A stretch of 64,000 bases of DNA, taken from positions 11,761 to 75,760 of the forward strand of contig JACOYH010000004.1 in NCBI GenBank assembly GCA_016181965.1. The letters are read 5' to 3'. The stretch is from Candidatus Nealsonbacteria bacterium. GTDB taxonomy: Bacteria > Patescibacteriota > Minisyncoccia > Minisyncoccales > MHMH01. Positions 47,430 through 55,168 of this stretch are shown in pieces. Both the position numbers and the translations under genes were made by a program. Below the pieces are notes generated by a model, which saw only the letters and a list, made by a program, of their open reading frames with translations, was not told where the DNA came from and did not search any database. Every line of letters begins with the position of its first letter. The stretch's first letter is position 1.

Positions 47430-48632
47430 ATGCCCGAACCCGAGCAACAACCAAAAGACGAAAAACTTGAGTATTTAAAAAGAGATGAGATTAGAACTAT
47501 GGGCAAAGACGTTGGCGCCCTAAGGGAAGCAGAAGCGCAACGAGAAAGACAAAGGGTGGCAAAAATGCGCGTCGGGGAGGAAAGGAAACAGGAAAGCGCA
47601 AGGCAGGAGACCGCCGCTCAAGCTACTCAAGAGCGAAGCGAGGCCGCCAAAGCAGCCAGGCAAAAAGAAGAAGAGGTGGCAACGTTAAAAGAAGAATGGA
47701 CGGCCAGAGAAGAAGCGGCAAAAACAGAGGCCATAGAGAGGGCGCGGCAAAGAGAAGCGCGACTGGGCAAAGAAATGGAGAAAGTTCAAGGCCCGGAAGA
47801 ACAGGCCCGAAAGAGTTTTCTTGAAAGGGTAGAGGCAAAAGTAGAGGGTTTACCCGCCGAAGAGACAGCGCCCGAAAGGCCAAGAATTCCAGCCCCCGAA
47901 ATGCCTAAACCCACAACGCCTGCGCCGCCAAGACCACCAAAAATTCCGTCGCCTCCAGCTTTCGCAACTTTGCCTGTTGCCACAAAACCGACAGCCGCAG
48001 GACTACCTTGGACAAAAATTGCCATTTCTTTATCGGCTCTAGCGGTTTTAGGGGCTGTGGGAACTTTTTGGTACTGGTACTTTGTTGTCAAACCAGCGCC
48101 CGTTCAACCTCCTCCACCTCCATCAACCGAACAGCCAGAACAGCCGGTCAAGGAAGAGCCAATTATTTCAGCTCCGCAAATAACAGAAGCGCTGGTCGAG
48201 GCGGGCTATCGCGTACCAACGAGCCCCCGCACTATCACCACATTAATAATCCACAGTATTTATAATATTTTAGAGGGCGATTCATACAGCGTGAACGGGA
48301 TACTAGAAGAATACCGGCAATTAAACGTAGCCCACCACTACTTAATTGCCCGCGATGGCGCGGTTTACAGAGCGGTGGCAGAAGAGAATATCGCTTATCA
48401 CGCTGGCCCCAGTCGCAACGCCTCTTCAATAGGCATTGGTATTATTAATACAGGAACCGACACGCCTACTCAAGCCCAATATCAAGCGTTAGCGGGCTTA
48501 GTTAAACAACTTAAGGAAAAATACGCTATCTCCGACGAAAGTATTTTTCGGCGTCAGGACGTAATAGCCGACAGCCCCAACAACCCTGCCAATTTTGACT
48601 GGAATTATTTTAATTCGCTCATCGCTCCCTAA
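47430..48632 (+). CDS. Membrane-anchored N-acetylmuramoyl-L-alanine amidase (Amidase_2/PGRP domain) with charged coiled-coil N-terminus and Pro-rich linker
   Basis: Amidase_2 motifs HHYLIARDGAVY...IAYHAG...NFDW; central TM. Confidence 0.65.
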   Translation: MPEPEQQPKDEKLEYLKRDEIRTMGKDVGALREAEAQRERQRVAKMRVGEERKQESARQETAAQATQERSEAAKAARQKEEEVATLKEEWTAREEAAKTEAIERARQREARLGKEMEKVQGPEEQARKSFLERVEAKVEGLPAEETAPERPRIPAPEMPKPTTPAPPRPPKIPSPPAFATLPVATKPTAAGLPWTKIAISLSALAVLGAVGTFWYWYFVVKPAPVQPPPPPSTEQPEQPVKEEPIISAPQITEALVEAGYRVPTSPRTITTLIIHSIYNILEGDSYSVNGILEEYRQLNVAHHYLIARDGAVYRAVAEENIAYHAGPSRNASSIGIGIINTGTDTPTQAQYQALAGLVKQLKEKYAISDESIFRRQDVIADSPNNPANFDWNYFNSLIAP

Positions 48633-48644
48633 GGGCGGCCGTAA

Positions 48645-48709
48645 GAAGCCAGGCTTCCCGCGGGAAGCCTGGCTTCTCGGTCCCGGGTCCCGCGGGAAGC
48701 CGGGCTTCT
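48645..48709. repeat. REP-like palindrome AGAAGCCAGGCTTCCCGCGGGAAGCCTGGCTTCT plus adjacent half-copy
   Basis: Identical to the element at 50591-50624. Confidence 0.7.
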
Positions 48710-48761
48710 AACGCCTCATCTTAGATATTTATTGATTGTGGATTAGTTGTGGAAAACTCTG

Positions 48762-48945
48762 CTTGACAGGGTTTTTTGTTATGAGATAATACGGATAGTT
48801 CTTTCAGCTAGTACTCCGGCAAACGCCGAGCGCTGGCTCAGTAAGTAACCTAAGGCCATGGGCCTTTTGTTCAAAAGAGGGCGAAGCTCCAAAATCCGCT
48901 TAGGCGCATCGCGAGCTTGCTAGCCCTTTTTTTGTTTGCTAAAAT
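48762..48945 (+). ncRNA. Candidate structured RNA / leader: promoter (CTTGACAGGGTTTTT...TAATAC), about 140-nt GC-rich structured region, terminator-like hairpin with T7 run, upstream of the DksA/TraR-like gene
   Basis: No ORF; closing pairing gctagtact...gcttgctagccc followed by ttttttt; promoter shares 15 nt with the 545-559 promoter. Confidence 0.35.
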
Positions 48946-48960
48946 GAAACAATCAACTAT

Positions 48961-49332
48961 ATGAATCCAAAACAAATACAAGAGTTTAAGGAAAAATTAG
49001 AAAAAGAAAAAAACGCAGTTGAAGAACAATTGCAAACAATCGCCGAAAAAGATTCTCACCTCAAAGACGACTGGGACAGCAAATACCCCAGAATGAACAG
49101 TGAATTCGGGGGCTCGGCATTAGAAATCGGAGCTGACGAGGTTGAGGCATACGGCAATCGCCTGCCGGTTGAATATGCGTTAGAGTTAAAATTGAAAGAT
49201 ATTAATATAGCCCTGTCTAAAATAGCCACAGGCGGATATGGCAAATGCGAAAATTGCAAAAAAGATATAGATGATAACCGTCTTGAGGTTTATCCCGAAG
49301 CGCGTCTCTGTATGAACTGCCGCAAAAAGTAA
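48961..49332 (+). CDS. DksA/TraR-family C4 zinc-finger protein
   Basis: Coiled coil plus CENC...CMNC zinc finger at the C-terminus. Confidence 0.7.
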   Translation: MNPKQIQEFKEKLEKEKNAVEEQLQTIAEKDSHLKDDWDSKYPRMNSEFGGSALEIGADEVEAYGNRLPVEYALELKLKDINIALSKIATGGYGKCENCKKDIDDNRLEVYPEARLCMNCRKK

Positions 49333-49420
49333 CGCTAGAAAAGCTTATCTGCCATGTTGCTCGCGAAGTAGACCGCGACTCCCATCACTAACAGCCAAAT
49401 AAAAACAAACTCCGACATTT

Positions 49421-50521
49421 TTAGTATATATAGCCCTTAATTAACGGGTCGCCCATGCGCAGGGTTCGGTAGTTTGTCTTACCCCAGCCGATATAATTCA
49501 TTTCAGAGAAGATTATCTTATCTCCCTTGACCTGCTCAACATAGCCGACATGGCCGTAGATCTTGTCGCCCTCCAGTGATATGACTGCTCCCGCTTGGGG
49601 AATACAAAACCTGCCTACGCAAGTGGCATAACCATCCGCGGCCGCATTGGCTATCCAGTCGGTTGCGTTGCCCCACGATGGAATAGCTCTTTTTTGAGCA
49701 ACCCACCAGGTGCACTGCCCGTAAGGAAAATCGTGCGATTTACCGTAGAAATTATTAGTGGAAAGCCCCGAAGTAGCGCTTACTCCGGGCAAACTGACCG
49801 TGGAATACGAGGGCATTTGCCCACCCGGTATTATCAATATCTCTCCTTCGAAGATGTCGCCGTCTTCCTTTATATCGTTAAAAACGAGCAGGTCGGCAAC
49901 GTCTGCTTTATATTTTTTAGCCAAAGCGTCAGCTGTATCTCCCGCCTGCACTTGGTGCATAATGCCGGAAGCAGGTAAAATAAGCAGTTTTTGCCCGGGC
50001 TGAATAATGCCGCTGCCTATATTATTGGCCCAAATAACCGTATCAATAGAAACGCCGAAGTTCTGGGCAATGCCCCACAAACTGTCTCCATTTTTTACGG
50101 TGTATTCAACGATTTCTCTTCTCGTAACCTTATAGTCGGCTCCATCGCCTAAGGCCCCGAGCACTTGAGGGGTTACGGCCATTGGCGGCGATATGGCGGC
50201 CAAGCTATTACTTTCTATTATAGTCAGTTCTGGCGATTCTTTTATTTTTTCAAAGGGCACAAGAAAAGTCCCTTGCGTTTCAACAGGGGCTTGAGCTGAA
50301 AAAGCGTAATTGACTTGAGCGGTTGATGGGGCGGTAGTAGCTATCACAGCGAACAAAGCCACGGCAAGGAATCCCAAATAAAACAAAGGGTCGCGCTTGG
50401 ACCCCTTTAAGTACTCTTTAACCGCATTTAAGCCCTGTTCTAGAAAATAAATTTTGCTTGACCCTGTCAACTTTCTTAGTCCGCTAAGCATCCGCTGGGC
50501 CAAAACAGACAAACTTTCCAT
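49421..50521 (-). CDS. Membrane-anchored peptidoglycan hydrolase: two LysM domains plus CHAP domain
   Basis: LysM YTVKNGDSLWGIA... and HQVQAGDTADALA...; CHAP Cys (YGQCTWWV) and His (IYGHVGYV). Confidence 0.8.
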   Translation of the reverse strand: MESLSVLAQRMLSGLRKLTGSSKIYFLEQGLNAVKEYLKGSKRDPLFYLGFLAVALFAVIATTAPSTAQVNYAFSAQAPVETQGTFLVPFEKIKESPELTIIESNSLAAISPPMAVTPQVLGALGDGADYKVTRREIVEYTVKNGDSLWGIAQNFGVSIDTVIWANNIGSGIIQPGQKLLILPASGIMHQVQAGDTADALAKKYKADVADLLVFNDIKEDGDIFEGEILIIPGGQMPSYSTVSLPGVSATSGLSTNNFYGKSHDFPYGQCTWWVAQKRAIPSWGNATDWIANAAADGYATCVGRFCIPQAGAVISLEGDKIYGHVGYVEQVKGDKIIFSEMNYIGWGKTNYRTLRMGDPLIKGYIY

Positions 50522-50590
50522 ATATCAGGTATGCCTTAAGGATATCATCGGGCAGACACATGGTCAAGCCACTTTTCCACAGCGGGAACT

Positions 50591-50624
50591 AGAAGCCAGG
50601 CTTCCCGCGGGAAGCCTGGCTTCT
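50591..50624. repeat. REP-like palindrome AGAAGCCAGGCTTCCCGCGGGAAGCCTGGCTTCT
   Basis: Perfect 34-bp palindrome; copy of 48645-48678. Confidence 0.7.
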
Positions 50625-50663
50625 TTTACCCCGGTCGTTCACTGTTCGTGGTACAATTGATGA

Positions 50664-51512
50664 ATGGATCTGACTTCAAAAAAGACCATCAAAGAACTAC
50701 TCGCAAGGCAAGGCGCTATGCCATCCAAGCGCTTGGGCCAAAATTTTTTAATTGATAAAGGCGCTGTCAGACAAATAATTGAAGCAGCCGATGTCGACAG
50801 CCAAGATACGGTTTTAGAGATTGGCCCGGGGCTTGGCGTGATTACTCAAGAACTTGCGAAAAAAGTAAAACAAGTTATTGCCGTGGAAAAAGACAAAAAG
50901 ATGGTTGATTTGCTGAAAGAAACATTAAAAGATTATAAGAATATTGAAATAATCACTGGCGATATTAGGGAATCGGATTTTCTAAAAAGGAAATCGGATT
51001 TCCTAAAATATAAAGTCGTCGGCAATCTCCCGTTTTACCTTACGGCTCCGGTTATCCGCCAATTCCTCGAGCTGGTTGACACCAGGTGTCAACCAGCTCA
51101 AATGACGTTGGTGGTCCAGAAAGAGGTAGGGCAGAGAATATGCCAAAAGCCGCCGCGGATGAACCTATTGGCCGTCTCGGTGCAAATTTACGCAGAACCG
51201 CAGATCATTGCTTATATTCCAAAAACATCTTTCTGGCCCCAACCAAAAGTGGACGCGGCCATTGTCAGCATCATCCCAACCTCAAGCCAAAACTTGCGGA
51301 CGACGGGCGTCCGCGAGTTCTTCAAAATAGTGAAAGCGGGGTTTTCCCAACCGAGGAAACAGCTGGTAAATAATTTTTCAGGACAGCTTAAAATAGATAA
51401 GAATAAAATCAGCGCCTGGCTACATCAAAACGACATTAATCCAAAACGCCGAGCCGAAACACTTACGATAGGCGACTGGATTAACTTGGCTAAAAGTTTT
51501 AGAATAGGATAA
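50664..51512 (+). CDS. rsmA: 16S rRNA (adenine1518/1519-N6)-dimethyltransferase
   Basis: LGQNFLID, SAM-binding VLEIGPGLG, N(L/I)PY motif. Confidence 0.9.
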   Translation: MDLTSKKTIKELLARQGAMPSKRLGQNFLIDKGAVRQIIEAADVDSQDTVLEIGPGLGVITQELAKKVKQVIAVEKDKKMVDLLKETLKDYKNIEIITGDIRESDFLKRKSDFLKYKVVGNLPFYLTAPVIRQFLELVDTRCQPAQMTLVVQKEVGQRICQKPPRMNLLAVSVQIYAEPQIIAYIPKTSFWPQPKVDAAIVSIIPTSSQNLRTTGVREFFKIVKAGFSQPRKQLVNNFSGQLKIDKNKISAWLHQNDINPKRRAETLTIGDWINLAKSFRIG

Positions 51513-52576
51513 TGAAAGGGTTTTTTCTTAACATCCTGCCGATATTGTTGATCTTTGGCGGTCTTTTATTAATGAGCTCTATCTTTGCGGAAGACCCCGG
51601 ACCCATTACTTGCGGCGAAGTGCCACCCGACCCGGGCGAGGACTACACCAATACATGGAACGAATACCGTTGCGAAAGCAACGCTTGCGGAGGAGACGCC
51701 CTAACCAGATCCGCTTCCCAGCATTTCTTTACGTATTATCAAAGAATATATGATGTTAATGGCTGTCAGATCGGCTGGGGAGGAGTAGAGAGCACATCAG
51801 GCGACAACCCGCCCATTGAATACGGTTCGCCATCTGTTTATCAACAGGCCAACCAGTATCAAAAATGCGCAGGAAGCACCGGTTGGCAAAGAACCGCTGT
51901 TTCCGTGCAGTGCCAAGGAGAGTGCTACCCAGCTCCCACCCCAAAGCCGTTAAACGCCATTCCCAAGGCGCCGTATAACGTCCCGGATGGGAGCGCCTAT
52001 AAACTGCCTATTAATTTTTCTTGGGAGGATCTTAACAGAGTTATAGCTCCCTCGTGCCAAGTAGCTAAATATCAATTTCAAATCCCGGGCGCTGGCGCGA
52101 TAGTCCCACCGCCGCCAATTATCCCTCCGCCGCCTCCTCCCGGGCCCCCGCCTCCGCCTCCACCTCCACCTTCACCGCCGCCTCCTACTGGCTGGTGTTC
52201 GGTACCCACATTGCGAACCTATTTCGGAACTAACGTTTCAAACGCATCGCGCATCTGCAACACCGAAAGCGGTGGCAATCCTAACGTTATCGCCTCCGAT
52301 GGACTTGGTGGTTATGACGTCGGACTCTTCCAAATTAATACTACCGCCCATCCAGGACTTACTGTAGATTATTTAAAAGTTCCGGAAAACAACATCAGAG
52401 AGGCCGTAAATATCAGCAACGGAGGGACTAATTGGGGCGCTTGGTCGGTGGCGTATACTTATACGTGTCTTTGGAACACATACATTCCTTTATTGGGAAT
52501 AATTCCGGGGTGCGTTCCGTGGCATCAATCGCAAGAGCCGGCGCCCGGGATTTATAATTGCCAGTGCAGGCCCTAA
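51512..52576 (+). CDS. Secreted Cys-rich protein with poly-Pro linker and C-terminal SLT-like lytic transglycosylase domain (VirB1-like)
   Basis: Signal peptide; PPPPIIPPPPPPGPPPPPPPPPSPPPP; catalytic-region pattern ESGGNPNVIASDGLGGYDVGLFQIN. Confidence 0.55.
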   Translation: MKGFFLNILPILLIFGGLLLMSSIFAEDPGPITCGEVPPDPGEDYTNTWNEYRCESNACGGDALTRSASQHFFTYYQRIYDVNGCQIGWGGVESTSGDNPPIEYGSPSVYQQANQYQKCAGSTGWQRTAVSVQCQGECYPAPTPKPLNAIPKAPYNVPDGSAYKLPINFSWEDLNRVIAPSCQVAKYQFQIPGAGAIVPPPPIIPPPPPPGPPPPPPPPPSPPPPTGWCSVPTLRTYFGTNVSNASRICNTESGGNPNVIASDGLGGYDVGLFQINTTAHPGLTVDYLKVPENNIREAVNISNGGTNWGAWSVAYTYTCLWNTYIPLLGIIPGCVPWHQSQEPAPGIYNCQCRP

Positions 52577-52580
52577 AATT

Positions 52581-54440
52581 ATGCGCTTTACCTATTACCC
52601 GATTTTAATATCTCTCACGATTGTTGGAACTTTTTTATCAATGGGGGCATCGGCCCAAAGCATTGTTGATTTGCCGGGCGACCAGCTGCAGCTCCAGACG
52701 ACGTCAACCCCCCAATACCTCTTTCGTTGCGCTCTCTCAACCGACAGGTCTTACCAGTGGCAAGTCCGCGCCTGCGCCGGCGACACCTGCAGCAGTTGGG
52801 CAACCGGTCAGCAATTCACGACTAGTCATGCTCCGGAGGTTGCCTCGCCTTATGATGCCGATTGGCAAAGTAAAGAAAAGATGAAAAACGCTGCTGCCGT
52901 CTTGGACTGGTGCCCTGCGGAAGGCGCGGTTTCTTATTTGCTCGAACTTTATCAAAAAACAGGCGCTGCTTTTAATAAAGTGGTTTTGCCGGAACGATTC
53001 ATAGCGCCCAACACCATATACGACGACGATCGCGGCTGGCAGGAAATAAAAAAAGCCACATCTTACGGCTGGCAAGTTACCGCCTGCCCGGGTATCAATA
53101 CGCCAAAAGAAGGGTGCGGGCCTTTTAGTCAGTTCTGGGAATTTGATACTGGAGTAAAGCTTAGGTTACCAACGAACCTTATTCCGCCAGACGGCTCGGT
53201 TGTCAACCTTTCCACTTCGCTTTCGTGGCTGGGCGACAGGTACGCGGCCGGCTATTTATTGCATATTCAAGGCACAGTTATTAATCAGGAAATTCCAGTA
53301 GTGAGATCTACGGATTTTCCTTTGAATAAAATATGGAAGGATTGGCTCGCCCTTGACGCTCCTTATAACTGGCGGGTCGCTTCTTGCGAGGGGAGCGCCA
53401 CAAGCACAACCGGGCTGGTTTGCGAAGAAGAGACAACCGGTCAGGTGCAATGGAGCGCGGTAAACTCTTTGCGCACGACCGGAGCTCCGCCAACGAATGT
53501 AAGGTTTGAGCCAACTAACGCGCAAGGCCAGATTGCTATTCCCCTAACTATTTCATGGGACGACATGCCCGGCGCCGCTTCTTACAGGATTGAAGTGCGC
53601 GGTGTAAAATACGCAGTCCTGCGCGAGCCCAAGTTAACGCTATATTTTGAACCGCCATTTTTACAGCAAGGCCAATCGTATATAGCCCTCATAAGAACCT
53701 GCGCCGATGAGGACGGACTGGTTTGCGGATTATCGACCGGCGCGTCGTTTACCGTGGCGCCTCTTGAGCCGCCCGCCATTACGGCAGAGAATTTATTTAT
53801 CCCATCTTTTGGAGTCAAAACAAACGAGGTCTTTGGCGCCAGCGCTTACCAATATCAACTGCGCTATGAATCAGCCAATCCGGAAGAAACAGACGCGTGC
53901 AAGGCCTCTGTGGGTTCGGTTACGGAAACAACAATTGTCGGCGGCGACGGACCCATCTCTGTGCGATGCGCCGGCCAATATTCTTTGCAAGGACGCGGCT
54001 GTATTGAAAATACCTGCGCGGAGCCGCTGGGCTGGGGCCAGTGGAGCGGCCCGCTCTCTCTGACAATTCAAGAACAACGAGGAGCAACCGGCCTTATCCC
54101 TTGCGGCAGGGGAGCAAATAATCCCTCCACGCCTTGGGATGAACGCGAAAGTTGCGGCGTCAAACACATCTTTTTATTAATTAAAATTATTCTTGATTTC
54201 CTGATGTTCCGGCTTGCCCCTCTTGCCTTAGCCGCGCTCGCCTTGTATAGCGGAGTCATTTTTTACTTTGCTTTGCCTATGGGCGTTACCACGCCGGTTG
54301 TAAAAGTTAAATCGCTCTGGAGGGCGGCAGGCATCGGCTTGCTGATAATATTTTTTGCTTGGCTTATAATCAACACTTTCTTGGGCTTTGTCGGTTTCAA
54401 TATCGGAGTGTTCGGCAACTGGTACGAAATTGGCTCTTGA
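52581..54440 (+). CDS. Large exported protein: about five repeated roughly 95-aa Y.W.V..C modules fused to a C-terminal T4SS pilin-like domain
   Basis: Signal peptide; repeats YQWQVRACAGDTC, YGWQVTACPG, YNWRVASCEG, YRIEVRG...IRTCADEDGLVCG, YQYQLRY; C-terminus LIPCGRG...C...two hydrophobic helices, homologous to ORF 43940. Confidence 0.5.
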   Translation: MRFTYYPILISLTIVGTFLSMGASAQSIVDLPGDQLQLQTTSTPQYLFRCALSTDRSYQWQVRACAGDTCSSWATGQQFTTSHAPEVASPYDADWQSKEKMKNAAAVLDWCPAEGAVSYLLELYQKTGAAFNKVVLPERFIAPNTIYDDDRGWQEIKKATSYGWQVTACPGINTPKEGCGPFSQFWEFDTGVKLRLPTNLIPPDGSVVNLSTSLSWLGDRYAAGYLLHIQGTVINQEIPVVRSTDFPLNKIWKDWLALDAPYNWRVASCEGSATSTTGLVCEEETTGQVQWSAVNSLRTTGAPPTNVRFEPTNAQGQIAIPLTISWDDMPGAASYRIEVRGVKYAVLREPKLTLYFEPPFLQQGQSYIALIRTCADEDGLVCGLSTGASFTVAPLEPPAITAENLFIPSFGVKTNEVFGASAYQYQLRYESANPEETDACKASVGSVTETTIVGGDGPISVRCAGQYSLQGRGCIENTCAEPLGWGQWSGPLSLTIQEQRGATGLIPCGRGANNPSTPWDERESCGVKHIFLLIKIILDFLMFRLAPLALAALALYSGVIFYFALPMGVTTPVVKVKSLWRAAGIGLLIIFFAWLIINTFLGFVGFNIGVFGNWYEIGS

Positions 54441-54493
54441 CAAGACAAAGTAAAAACGCTATACATCGTTAACCAAAAGCACGGGAGGGAGAG

Positions 54494-55117
54494 ATGCTTA
54501 AAAACTTAATATGGCCAGTAGGGGCCTTATTGCTGGTGGCGGGTATATTCGTTTACGCACTATCGTCAAACAAGGTGCCTCCGCCAAATCCAGCTGTAGC
54601 CGATGAGGTATTGCCGACAGCGACAGCAACAGCGACGGCAACGCCCGAAACAAAAACTAACTCTATTATCCCGATGGTGACCGTAACGCCGGTTCCGGCA
54701 AAAACCCGCGAGTATGTTTACAACGCAGTTGAATACTTAATTGCAAGTAGGTCACGTAGCTTTATCTGGCTTAAAATAATGCTTAAGGAGCGCGGATACA
54801 ATATACAGGACGAAGAAATTCAAAAATTTCGGGAACAGCACGGCGTAGACCCCGGCGACTCTATAGTAATAAGAGGAAAAATAGTCGGCAGATCAGATAT
54901 GGCAAACTACGCAGGAGTAAGAATTGAATCGCCGGAACATCTTCTATCCTGCATGGGTAGCCGCAGTAGTACTGTTGTCGGCGTCCTTCCCCAGTGGGCG
55001 TCTGACGCCTTACAATCGGTCAAGGCGGGCAAAGAGGTAGTCCTCACCTTGCGAGGCACGGCAACCAGTGAAAGTTACAAGATAACAGATTGCCAACCCG
55101 TGATCGATGGGAAATAA
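54494..55117 (+). CDS. Bitopic membrane protein in the T4SS-like cluster (VirB8-like topology; speculative)
   Basis: N-terminal TM followed by a roughly 180-aa exo-domain. Confidence 0.3.
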   Translation: MLKNLIWPVGALLLVAGIFVYALSSNKVPPPNPAVADEVLPTATATATATPETKTNSIIPMVTVTPVPAKTREYVYNAVEYLIASRSRSFIWLKIMLKERGYNIQDEEIQKFREQHGVDPGDSIVIRGKIVGRSDMANYAGVRIESPEHLLSCMGSRSSTVVGVLPQWASDALQSVKAGKEVVLTLRGTATSESYKITDCQPVIDGK

Positions 55118-55168
55118 CGCTTAAAGGCCCGGTTTTCAACAGCCGGGTCTTTTAATGTTGTTTTTATT

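Noticed and set aside
48961-49332. DksA/TraR-like gene as a conjugative TraR belonging to the T4SS cluster
   Set aside because: It is separated from the cluster by an unrelated CHAP hydrolase gene and rsmA, and the zinc-finger family is also a common chromosomal regulator; the association is not supported
52110-52200. Poly-proline coding stretch (ccgccgcc repeats) considered as a possible CRISPR/tandem repeat
   Set aside because: It is an in-frame low-complexity linker of the VirB1-like protein; no repeat-spacer periodicity. No CRISPR array was found anywhere in the window
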